A stretch of DNA of 43,922 nt from Leidyana gryllorum EB-2025a (Eukaryota; Protista; Apicomplexa): assembly GCA_048772705.1 (NCBI GenBank), contig JBLWGC010000055.1:1-43922 (forward strand), written 5' to 3'. Position 1 is the stretch's first letter. Every line of letters begins with the position of its first letter. Of this stretch, positions 20,273 through 31,627 are shown piece after piece. Under the pieces are notes generated by a model. The model did no database searches, was not told where the DNA came from, and saw nothing but the letters and a program-made list of their open reading frames with translations. Position numbers and translations under genes: made by a program.

Positions 20273-20610
20273 TCGAATTGTTCTAGGTTATTTCAGGTAA
20301 TCACGTACACTCAAAAATCGTAAGCCACACGTGTGTCCGTGTCTCCGAGATGCCGCCCGGCATTTTCGGAGACACCGTCCTTCAACTCTCGACGTTGTCA
20401 GTGATCCTGGCGCCACCAATAGCTTGATCATGGCTATCACGCTACTGGTGGCGTCGGGATCACTGACAACGGGCCAGTTGAGGGGTGCTGCCTACCTGAG
20501 TTCGCTCAGTGGGTGATCAATGTCTTCGGAGCAGACGGCCGCCCTTGAGGGTGCCGTGGGATGGGTCCAGGAGAGGGGGCTGGTCTAGTAAGGGTCGTGG
20601 CGGGCTAACA
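20233..20610 (-). repeat. 5' LTR of C
   Basis: TGTTAGCCC...GGGCTAAAA, then C and the PBS. Confidence 0.93.
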
Positions 20611-21246
20611 TGAGGCTCTGGTCGCAAAGTGGCGAAGCTCCTTGGGGGCGTTCTGGGATGTGTGGGGATGAGGTGTGGGAACTTACTTGGTGTGGGAACG
20701 TGCCAGACCAGTCTGAGTGGCACGAGGTCACGTCTTGGGAACATCTGGGGGGGAAGAAAGCGAGCGCGAGCGAGAAGAGGGCTTTTTGAATCTGAGAACA
20801 AAAATAACAGTCCAAGTCCCACGTCTCGCACACCAAATCTTGGGAAAAGTGGCTCGTTTGGGCTGCTATCTGTTGCTTGCGAGCCGCACGAGAGCTAAAT
20901 TAAGGAGTCTGACGACCCTTACATCTCGATGGGAGGCTAGTTTGCTGTAGCGAACGAGCCAATTGAAGTTTGGGAAGTCTCATTTTTGCAAAAATCAGGC
21001 CTTCTCGTGTCTCAGAGAGCTCGAGAGAGTCGCCTATCTCCTATTCTAGCGGTGAGATTTCGCCTAAAATCTGGCTGCTAACTAATCAGGCCACTACTAT
21101 TCCTAAGGTAAGCGAGAGAGCTAGTCTAGAGCTCCTAATCAAATTCCTATTTCACTAAAAGTCGTTTCTGGTACCCCCTAAGAACCCCCAAAAAAACCTA
21201 CGGTAATGGTCGGGCTCACCCTTGCGGGTTTCGCCGACCTGCACAA

Positions 21247-21349
21247 CTTGATCCTGGACTACAGGAGAAAGTGGAACGAAAACAGACGAGGCGGCGTACC
21301 GTTTACCGAAGATCAACTCAATGGCCTAGATCTAGTGCCCATCAGCTAG
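21247..21349 (+). pseudogene. pol: C-terminal chromodomain tail of E/F pol
   Basis: LILDYRRKWNENRRGGVPF...IS* corresponds to LIADFEERWN..NPF in A. Confidence 0.85.
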
Positions 21350-21376
21350 GAAACAAAACAATGAAAGGGGGAGCAG

Positions 21377-21624
21377 TGTAAGGACTTACACTAGTCTACT
21401 CTTTCAGAAGCTCGCAACGGAACAGTTAGCCTACTAAATGTTTAGTTTTTAGTTGCATGAAAGCCGGTGTCTCCGAGGAGACACCGGCAATACACACACG
21501 GAACACTCGACTAGAATGACTGTTACAACGCGATCTAAAAAGCATTCTATCCTACCCAAGAAGCTAACCAGAAAGACCAGAACTATTGCCCAACCAGATC
21601 TAGACCCAGAACCGGACACTTACA
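21377..21624 (+). repeat. LTR of E/F (248 bp, single copy)
   Basis: PPT AAAGGGGGAG just upstream; TGTAAG...CTTACA; GTGTCTCC/GGAGACAC palindrome; MTVTTRSKK ORF start at 21516. Confidence 0.88.
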
Positions 21625-21625
21625 G

Positions 21626-23891
21626 TTCTCCACAATAGACCTGAAATCGGGCTATCATCAGGTGAGAATGCAGGAAGACTGTTGTCAACTTACGGCGTTC
21701 GCCACCCCGTGGGGAGTCTTCGAATGGACCGTTATGCCGAATGGGTTGACAAACGCCCCCTCCACATTCATGCACCTCATGAACAGCATCTTCCACGACC
21801 TAATCGGAATCAGTGTCTTCGTCTACTTGGACGATATCTTGATCTTCTCACCAACCCGCGAACAACACCGCACAGACCTGAAAGAAGCATTGCAGAGGCT
21901 CCAAAAGAACAAACTCACCGTCCACCCACGAAAGTCTCATTTCTTCCGTAGGAAGGTGGAATACATTGGACATGAACTCACAGAAATGGGAGTACGACCA
22001 CTCAAAGCGAAGGTGGAAGGCCTAAACGCCATCAACCCACCACGCAACCTTAAAGAAACGCAGCGCTTATTGGGAATGTTCAATTACTATAGGAAGTTCA
22101 TACCTCACTTCGCTGCGATAGCAGCACCCATATATCAGGCAACGCATGGTTTAAAGAAACCAGGAGAGCAAGTGACATGGAATACGAGCTGCCAAAAAGC
22201 ACTAGAAAATTTAAAAGAAAACTTGAGGCGGACAACGAACCTGGCGTACCCAGATAAGAACACAGAGGAGCTACACATCACCACGGATGCAAGTCAGGAA
22301 ACCATTGGCGCAGTCTTGGAAACAGCCCCGAACCGGGGATCGGCGCCAATAGAATTCATATCTCAAAGTTTAACTGCTGCACAAAAGCGATATGCTACTC
22401 ACGAGGAGGAACTGTGGGCTATAGTCTTTGCGTGTAGACACTGGCGCCACTTGCTACTGGGACGACGGGTAGTGATTCACACGGATCACAAACCACTCAC
22501 GCACCTTCTAACACAGCCGAAACTGTCGGACAAGCAGATGCGATGGATGATGTCGTTAGCCGAACTGGACCTGACGATAGGATATCTCAAAGGAACAAAT
22601 AACGTCGTTGCAGACTTATTAAGCAGGCCCTGGGGACCGAGAAGCACGGGCGAGTGCCACCAACTGACCAGCGAGATTCGCAACCCCCTCGAAGACCGGA
22701 TCCGCACGGCATGGAGTGGAAAAGAAGACCAAGCGGGCAAGTGCGGCCCAGTCGAATGGATCGAAGGCCTGCCTGTACTTGAGGATGGATGCATCGAGAT
22801 ACCAGGTGATGAAGACCTCATCCGCACGCTGATAGCGGAACACCATGACTCAAGACTAGCGGGGCACCTGGGAGCAGACCGAACGACGGCACGACTGAGA
22901 TGCCTAGTTAATTGGAGAGGCATTCGAGCGGATGTGACGGAATACTGCAGAAGTTGCGACATATGCCAGAAGGCAGAAAGAAGGAATCACAGACCGCATG
23001 GACTACTCACTCCGGTAAGCAACCCTCTAATTCCATGGACAGAAGTGGGAATGGACTTCTTGGAACTGCCCGAAGACCCAGACTCCAAGAATAACTACCT
23101 CATGGTAGTATGCGACAGACTGACTCGTCGAATTCGACTCACACCATGCAAGAAAACGATTACGGCAGAAGCCACTGCCCAGCTCTTCATAGACCACATA
23201 GTCAAGATCCATGGCATTCCACAGAAGATCATCTCGGACAGAGACACGAGATTCATGTCAGACTTTTGGAAACAGCTCATGACATCGATGGGGGTGAACC
23301 TCGCGGTCAGCACAGCTTACCATCCCCAATCGAACGGCCTGGTCGAGAGAGCCAACCGATCGATAATACAGATGCTGCGGTGTGCGGTCACTGGGTATCG
23401 GAATCAATGGGAGAGACACATCAGCGCGATCGAAATGGCATATAACTCGTCCCCCCAAACATCATCGAGAGCTACCCCGATCGAACTGGATAGTGGCCGA
23501 CCAACTCTGTGGGATACAATGACACTACAGACACCGACGAACGGCCGAGGTCGAGCCGCCAAACTATTCATCCAACAGCTTCAAGAAGCGCACGATAGGT
23601 TGGACCAAGCCTCGAAAAGACAGAAGGAAACCACAGACAAACACCGACAGCAAACAACGTTCAATGTGGGAGACCGCGTGCTCCTAGCAACGAAGAACCT
23701 GCTGCACGTACCAAGGAACAAACTGACAGAACCATACTGCGGGCCATTCTCCATTACAGAAGCCAACGACAACAACACATACAGCCTTGACCTACCTACG
23801 TCTTGGCAAATTCACCCACGATTCCACGTCTCACGCCTCGAGCGATTCATCGAGAGGAACCACGGCGAAGGGCCAGAAGGAGGCCAGGAGG
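21626..23891 (+). pseudogene. pol: E/F pol (RT from FSTIDLKSG, RH, IN)
   Basis: YLDD, TDAS, HHCC, SDRD, GPF; no gag or PR upstream. Confidence 0.92.
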
Positions 23892-24066
23892 TGTAGTCCT
23901 TGCCTAAACTACCTGCAGATGGTCTGCTGATCGCTTTGCCACTCCGTAAGTCCATTTCTGTTGCTTTTGTAGTGTTCTTGAAAACCGTTTGTTGTGTGTC
24001 CAAAAACCCGTGTCTGTGTCTCCGTGCCGGTCTTTTTGCCGGTCTCCGAGACACGCCCTATAACCC

Positions 24067-27000
24067 TTACACCCCTCCCCCTTCCTCCATGTTAAACGGG
24101 TTGCGAGGGTGTCTCGTGTTCCACCTGTTCTTGAAGTCCGCTATTAGATCGGCTCCGTCCGCTTCGAGTACCGTTTCCGCCGTTTCCCAGCTCTCATCTG
24201 AGTAGCCTACCCATTTCACTCTGTAGTATAGCTGTCCATTCTCCTCTTTCCATCCTACTATTGACTGCATGATGTATAGAGTTTCCTGTGCTTCTTCATC
24301 TGCTGTGGTTGACTCTTGGGCATCTGCTGTGGGAACTTCTCGGAATCTCTCCAGTCGTGATATGTGGAACTTGGGGTATATTCCCCAGGATGAAGGGAGG
24401 TCGATCAAGTAAGTGTCATTACCTGTGTCTTGTAGAACCGTGAATGGCCCACAAAAGGGTAAGCTTAGCTTGGATGTTGGCACATGACTGAGTTGCTTGG
24501 TAGTCAGTAGGACCCGGTCCCCTTCGCGCAGCGTATTGTGCAGTCGTCTTCTGTTCGCCTGTGTCTCTTGTTTCTTCGATGCTTCTGTCAGGCGATCGTG
24601 CGCTTCTTGAAGTTTCTGCAGATACACTCGTCCGAAGGTACTCCGAGTCCCTGCAATGTCACTAAGTTCTGTAGGGAGGAAGGTAATGCGTCCGGTGTCA
24701 AGTTCTAGTGGGGTGGAATTTGTTGACTTCTGTATGGAGGCGTTATACGCCATCTCTGTGGCTGCGAGGTGGCTCAACCAATTTTGGCCGTGCCCCTCCA
24801 GTGTGCATCTGAGAATCTGAAGAACTGATCTATTTGTTCTTTCCACCAGTCCGTTAGTCTGTGGGTGGTGTGCTGTGCTCATTGCCAATTGTATACCCAG
24901 TGCTCTCATCGTTTCTCTCCAGATGGTTGCAGTGAATCTTGGATCCCTGTCCGACACCATCTTCCGCGGCACTCCGTGGACCTGCACTATGTTTGTGATG
25001 AATAGGGTGGCCGCTTCCTCCGCCGTTATCGTTTTCTTGCAGGCTACTAGCCGAATCCGTCGTGTCAACCGATCTACAACAACCATGACGTAGTTGTGTT
25101 GGGTAGATCTGTCTTCAGGTAACTCCAGAAAGTCCACTCCTATCTCTGTCCATGGTAGTGTGGGGTTATTGAGTGGGTGAAGTAAGCCGTAGGGGGGGTG
25201 GTTCCGCTTCTTAGCCTTTTGGCACACCGCACAAGTCCTGCAGTACTCCAGTACATCGGCCATTAGGCCTCTCCAAGTGAATATAACTTTAATTCGACCT
25301 GCTGTTTTCTCGGGCCCCAAGTGTCCCGCTATGTGGCTGTCGTGATTGTCTGCAATAATTCGGCGAATCATAGCTGGTTCGTTCGGGACCTCTATGGTTC
25401 CCTGACTTGTCACCGGTAGTTCCGCGATCCACTCAACTGGTTCGGTCTGTCCTGCCTCGTTTCTCCGGTTCCGCCATGACTCTCTCAACTCCTCTTCAAT
25501 ACTGCTGTTCTGTCTGTTTTCGTCGCTGCCGTTCATCGTGCCTTGGATGCTGTTGCACACCGCTGTGTTCACTTTCCTTGGGCGACTTAAGAGATCCGCG
25601 ATGATATTGCGTGTGCCTCGAACATATTCGATCTCAATGTCCAATTCTGCAAGAGTGATCAACCATCTCACCTGCCTGTCAGACAGGTGTGGTTGCTTGA
25701 GGAGATAGGTGAGTGGCAATAGGTGTCGCCAGTGTTTGCAGGCTAGTACGATTGCGAGAAGCTCTCGTTCGTGCGTCGCATACCGCTGTTGTACGTCTGT
25801 GAGGCTTTGGGAGAAGAACTCAATGGGGGATAAACCATTGCCGGCGGGTTGTTGGAGGACGGCGCCTACCGCGATGGTGCTCGCATGCGCATGTATCACT
25901 AACTGAGTTGTGCTTAGATCCGGAAAGTTCAATTTCGTTGCCCTTTTTAGGCTCTCTTTCAGTCTGTCCAATGCTCTTTGAGACTCCGCCGTTGCTTCCA
26001 GTCGTTCATGGGGTCGTTTGAGTCCGTGGCTGAGGTTATACAGGGGTCGTGCAATGTCGGCAAAATTTTTTATAAATCGTCGATAATAATTGAACATCCC
26101 GAGTGTGCTTTGGAGCTCTCTCAGTGTTTGTGGGTGGGGTACGTTCGCTAAAGCGTCTGTCTTTCCTGGTAAGGGTCTGATGCCTCCTTCTCCGACGATA
26201 TGACCGATATATTCCAGGTTTCTTTTGAAGAAGTGTGATTTTCGTCGATGAATCACCAAGGTGTGTTCTTTCAGTCGGTCAAATACCAATTTCAGGTCTT
26301 TCCTATGCTGCTCTCGGGAGGGAGAGAAGATCAGTACGTCGTCCAGGTAAATAAATATACATCTACCTATCAGGTCGTGAAATACTTTGTTCATCAGGCT
26401 CATGAAGGTTGCCGGTGCGTTCATCAACCCGTTCGGCATCACTGTCCATTCGTACAGGCCCCAGTGTGTCGCGAATGCAGTAAGGTGTTGCGAGCTGGGT
26501 TCCATGCGGACTTGGTGATATCCCGCCTTCAAATCGAGACATGATAGCCACTCCGCTCCACTCAGCATTTGAATTGCGTCGTCTAGGGCTGGGAGTGGGG
26601 ACGCCGTCTTAACGGTAAGGCTATTCAACTGTCTGTAGTCACAGACTAATCGCGGCACGTCGGTATCCTTTTTAGGCACAAACATACAGGGCGATGCCCA
26701 GCTTGATGTGCTCAGGACAATCTTGCCCGAGCTGACTAGCTCCTGTATCTGTGATCGCATTTCGGACATGTATTTCTGTGGAACTCTGTATGGTGCGTGT
26801 ACGTAAGGCGTCGCGTTGCTGTCTTTAAGAACAATGGCGTGGTCGATTTTGTCACGATGGGGGGGCAGCAGTGGCTTCTCGATCGTGACAGTGGGGTATT
26901 CGAGAAGTAAATGCAGTTCCTCTGGGGGTACATCGAGGTGTCCTGAGGACTCCGGGCGTATCGTCTGCTTGTTCGTTCCCCCCATTGTGTATACCGCGTG

Positions 27001-27477
27001 ACTCGACATTCCACGTTCCCACCCGTCCAGCTGGCTGGGTGTCGTCGTCGTTCGTACCATACCTTCTTTCAGATAAAGTCGTCTCCGATCGTTGGTTCCA
27101 ATCTGGAGTCCCAGTTGTGCTATCAGCGGTGTCGGTAAGATCAGGTCGTAGGGTATCCCTTCGAGTATTGCCGCTTGGGTCGTCACTTCTTGTCCTCCAC
27201 TAGTTTGGATGGTGACGCATGTTAGTCGTTTCTCATCCGTTGCATGGACGGAGGCAATCCGCACCGTGTCTTTCAGCGCCTGTAGTCCGATGCGTTCCGC
27301 AGCGACGTTGTTGATGCATGTGATGGATGCTCCCGTGTCGATTAAGACTTTCGCCGCGCATCTGAGGTTTCTGTTGAGTGGGTTTATAATCCACCATTGG
27401 ATGATTAATGTGTCTTCGGCGTAGCCTCCCCCTGATTGGACGTCTCGGCCATTGACATCTGGGGCACTTGAAAACCC
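24067..27477 (-). pseudogene. pol: Pol of G, open but with a damaged RNase H
   Basis: LIDTGAS lies upstream of the listed ORF start; YLDD. DAS has become HAS, and the ~12-aa segment containing TDHK is missing (WRHLL-PLTYLL). Confidence 0.88.
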
Positions 27478-28537
27478 CGAATTTCCGTGGCGAACACTTT
27501 GTTAGCTGGTTCCTGCTCCTGTTTCTATGGTTGGATGGTCTCTTATCGTCTCGTGGCTGTTTGCACTTCCATGCAATGTGGTCATTAGCTCCGCAGTTGA
27601 AACACCTCCTTTGTGCTACGCATTCGGCATGCGTGAATTGACAGCGGCGTCCCACTCGTCCTTCGCCTTCCGTTCTCGTGGCAAGCACGTGTATCGTGTT
27701 CCTTTTGTTGTTTGTCTCGGTCGCCGCTCCGTATTGTAGCGCTCTGGAACAGAGTGTGTCTATATCTGCTCCTACATGAGCTGCTAGTGCCATTCGGTCT
27801 GTCATTGGCAAGCCTCTGAGGAAAAAGTTCGTTCTTGTTGTATTGCTGACGGTGTCCGGGATCCCAATGTTGAGTCCTTTGAATGCTAAGACATATTCAG
27901 CCATGCTGCCTGTTTTTGTGATGGACGCCATCCGTGTTAGGTCATCTTCCACGGTTGCCATTGTGTCGAATTGGTTCTTGAGCTGTGCTTCTAAGTTATT
28001 CCACGTACCGCAGAGTACTTCTGGGTTCACCGTGAGCCAACGGGCCGCCACTCCGGTGAGCAGTGAACATGTTGCGCGGACTCTTGAGTGATCGTCGGTC
28101 ACATTGAACGTAAGAAATCGCGCCTTACAGCCGTCCAGCCAATCCCTCACCGATCCAGATCCATCGAAGCGCTCATGCTTCTTCAGCGCTACTGCCCCCG
28201 GGTTTTGTTCGCTCCATGGTGCTAATGCGGTTCTGTCATACTCCTGCGTCCTCGCTTTTGCTTGATCTTTTGGTTGTTGGTTCACCACAGCCTTGATCAT
28301 TTCAGCGACAGCCAATAGCTGCTCCATCGTAGTCATCGCCTCTCCAGTAGTAGGGCTATCCGCTGCTGTGTCGTACTTCTTGTTGGTCACTGTTGGCTGT
28401 TCCGGTTCTGCTGTTTCGTGTGTTGGCTCTAGTAAGTTCAGGCTGTGATGTGGAGGAAACGCACTGCTACCAATGTAGTCCTTGCCTAAACTACCTGCAG
28501 ATGGTCTGCTGATCGCTTTGCCACTCCGTAAGTCCAT
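27405..28537 (-). pseudogene. gag: Gag of G (MDLRSGK), frameshifted near the C-terminus
   Basis: Knuckle CFNCGANDHIAWKC; the homologous ending KVFATEIRGFQ is in a different frame from the main ORF. Confidence 0.85.
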
Positions 28538-28653
28538 TTCTGTTGCTTTTGTAGTGTTCTTGAAAACCGTTTGTTGTGTGTCCAAAAACCCGTGTCTGTG
28601 TCTCCGTGCCGGTCTTTTTGCCGGTCTCCGAGACACGCCCTATAACCCTTACA

Positions 28654-28720
28654 AGGAGGAGCAACTCGACCAAAACCTCTACATCATGGAACGAATTACA
28701 GGTTGGGAGATGAGAGGCGA
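28654..28720 (+). pseudogene. pol: E/F pol fragment (start of chromodomain)
   Basis: EEQLDQNLYIMERITGWEMRG, between G and H. Confidence 0.88.
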
Positions 28721-28884
28721 TGTAAGCCCCCGTAGGGGGAATGCGACGGCTGCGTAGGTCCATTTTTGGTTCTGTTCCCAGTTCGGGTTCTGTCCTCCTC
28801 TCTGTTTGTAGCTACTGTCATTCACGCTCGAAAAACCTATGCTTTTGTGTGTCCCACACATGTTTGGCTCTTCGGCTTAGCCTG

Positions 28885-30431
28885 CTACACCCCTCCCCTA
28901 CCAAGAGAAGATGTATCGGCTGTGAACGGTTGTTTCGGATTCTGCCTGTTCCATTGCTCGCGAAATTTTTCCACTAGATCTGTTGCCTCGGCCTCTTGTA
29001 ATTTTTGTGCTGACTCCCAGGTCTGATCGTCATAGCCGGCCCACTTCACCAAGTACTCAATCCCTGTGGGGGTCTCGCGCCACCCAACGACCTCTTGCAT
29101 TATGTAGTAAGTTTCCGTCTCTCCTGTCGGTACACATTGTCCTTCTCGCGATTTGTAAGGTTCGAGGCGGCTTATGTGGGAGTTAGGGAGGATCCCCCAG
29201 CTTTCGGGGAGGTCGACGAGGTAAGTATCTGCGCTCGTCTTCTTCAACACTTGGAACGGGCCACAGTAGGTTGGCGCCAGTTTGGATTTCGCTATATGGG
29301 CGAGGTTTCGTGTGTCTAAGAGAACCAGCTGCCCTTCCTGGAGTTCCCGTGGCTGTCGTTTTCTATCGGCGCTCTTTTTCTGCATCTCTGCTGCGTGTGT
29401 GAGGCGATCGTGAGCTTCTTGGAGCTTTTGCAGATATGTTCTGCCCATTTGACTTCTTGTGGACGCCAACTCGGCCAGGTTATGTGAAATGAACGTGGCT
29501 CGACCCGTGTCGAGTTCTAAAGGGCTTGTGTGTGTGGATGACTGAACGGCACTGTTGTAGGCCATCTCTGTGGGCACTATATGCGCCATCCAGTTTCCTC
29601 CATGGGCTTCTAATGTGCAGCGTAAGATTTGCAGAATGGAACGATTGGCGCGTTCGACCAGTCCGTTCGTTTGCGGATGTCTCGCGGTCGACATGGCAAG
29701 GTTGACTCCCAGACTGGTCATCATTGATTGCCACATCGTGGATGTGAATCGGACATCGCGGTCCGATACCATTTTGCGAGGGAGACCATGAATCTTGACT
29801 ATCTCTCTGAGGAAGAGTTGGGCCGCCTCTTCTGCCGTGATCGTCTTCCGGCACGGGGTAAGTCGTACCCGACGGGTCAGGCGGTCCACGACCACCATGA
29901 CGTAGTCGTGTCCGGTTTCCTCGTCCGCTTGGAGCTCGAGAAAATCCAATCCTATTTCCACCCATGGTCTCGAGGGGTTGCTCAATGGATGCAATAGGCC
30001 GTACGGTTTGTGGTTGCGGCGTTTCGCTTTCTGGCAAGCGTGACAACTGCTGCAGTAAGCGATCACGTCGGCCATCAACCCCCTCCAATGGAAGAGTGAC
30101 CGGATTCTGGCTGCCGTTTTATCCGCCGCTAGGTGGCCCGCCAATGGGCTATCGTGATTGTCCTGGATGATGCAGCGGATCAAGGTCGGCACGTTGGGAA
30201 CCTCGATTGTTCCTTCCGCCGTGACCGGCAGGCCTGCGACCCATTCTATGTTGACATCCTTACCTGCGTCCTCCTTATGTGTGCTCCAGTGGTTGCGTAG
30301 TTGCGCTTCAATGCCAACTTCCTCCAGCGTCTGGTCTGATTGCGATCCTTGCCCTGGAGATGCGGTTGGGGTCCCCCCGTCCGGTATCCGTGTGCTTGTG
30401 CCGAGACTATTCACTTCGTCCACTCGTTGCT
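28885..30431 (-). pseudogene. pol: H pol, 3' part (IN and chromodomain)
   Basis: HHCC, SDRD, GLVER, GPF, KWAGY. Confidence 0.92.
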
Positions 30432-30536
30432 TGTAGGCCGGCAAAGGCTGGAAACGGCTAATTGGGACTAGACAACTATGAAGGTTTTTCATTGCACGCA
30501 TACGACACAAACAGAACAGGGGGACAGAGATTCCGA

Positions 30537-31627
30537 ATGGGAGTTAGTCTACGTAGCGGTACTCGCGCTAACCGGCCGACCGGTTACACTGGTAGCAGTG
30601 CGTCCCCTACTAATCACCACGCCACCTCACGAGAGAACGATATGCTGAACGACACCAGCATAGACAACGCGAACACGAAGGGGCCGCACGGGACCCTGAC
30701 ACCACCAACGGAGGCAGTACGACAGGCAGACCTACAGTCGCTTCTCAGAATGCTTAGCCAGATAATCCAGCCACCGCCGCAATCCGCACCCACCAATACC
30801 GACCGACAGGACTACGGCGACGATCACAAACAGCAGAGAGCTCAGCAAGCTCTCAAGAAACATCATCCCTTCAGTGGGACGCCCGGCTCCCGAGGACGAG
30901 ACTGGATAGATAGCTGCGCCGCGAAGTTCCTGAAGCGCACGACGTGGCGGATGACCAATCAAAGGTTCGTGCCGCCTGCGGACTACTCACCGATTCCGCG
31001 GCAAGATGGCTGCTGGCCAAACCCAACCTGGTCAACGCGACGTGGAGCGACTTCACCCGCCAACTCATTCAAGAGTTTGACACAATCCACACAATCGAAG
31101 ATGATCTGGCACGGCTGACAAACCTCACAAAGACCGACAGCATGGAATCATACGTCTCTACCTTCCGAACACTCAACAGAGGCATTCCAACCGAAATTCC
31201 GCAGAGTACCAGGACAAACCTATTCTTCCGTGGGCTTCCGACGAGTGACAAAATGGCACTGGCCCAGTACATCGGCGCCGACATCGACACTATCTGCCAA
31301 CGAGCCCTGCAGTACGCCACCGCGGTGGGCCAGGTCAAAAGAATGCCCCCAGAACAATGCTTTGCCCTCGCACGACCGGCGGGACGTGTGGGAAGGAGAT
31401 GCCAATACTCATACGATCAGTGCGTTCGGGACCGTCGCTGTTTCAACTGCGGGGCTGCGGACCACCCTGCTTGGCGGTGCAACTACCCACGAGACGACAA
31501 ACGCGGAGCCAAGATGGCGAGAACGGAGTCCGGAAATATCACGGGAGGAGCGCGGCGAGTATTTGCACTGGACGAACAGGATTTTCAGAGTGGCCCAGGG
31601 CCAAACGAGAAGACCCTGGGCGACTAG
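30537..31627 (+). pseudogene. gag: Gag of D1 with a +2 frameshift at ~30932
   Basis: TTCCTGAAGCG in D1 versus TTCCTAGCG in D2. Confidence 0.9.

Larger units (their letters stand above)
7979..20610 (-). mobile_element. Chromovirus C, internally deleted and carrying the B-family stack
   Basis: 378-bp LTRs at 7979-8356 and 20233-20610 (2 mismatches); TSD TGAGG; PBS 20218-20231; PPT 8357-8368. Confidence 0.95.
2771..21246. repeat. ~1.07 kb host repeat, copy 2, split into three pieces by elements A and C
   Basis: Pieces 2771-3112, 7916-7978 and 20611-21246 rebuild copy 1 once TSDs TGGGG and TGAGG are removed. Confidence 0.93.
23892..28653 (-). mobile_element. Chromovirus G (4762 bp, full length but defective)
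   Basis: Apparently identical 180-bp LTRs at 23892-24071 and 28474-28653; flanking duplication AGGAGG; PBS 28459-28472; PPT 24072-24088. Confidence 0.96.

Noticed and set aside
21241-21250. IS91-like target (CTTG) next to the end of X
   Set aside because: A 4-bp match at one junction only; the other copy of the same end is followed by ACAT, and no transposase is present.
21463-21488. TGTCTC inverted pairs as auxin response elements
   Set aside because: No evidence for a land-plant host, and the conserved unit is a longer palindrome; the hexamer match alone is uninformative.
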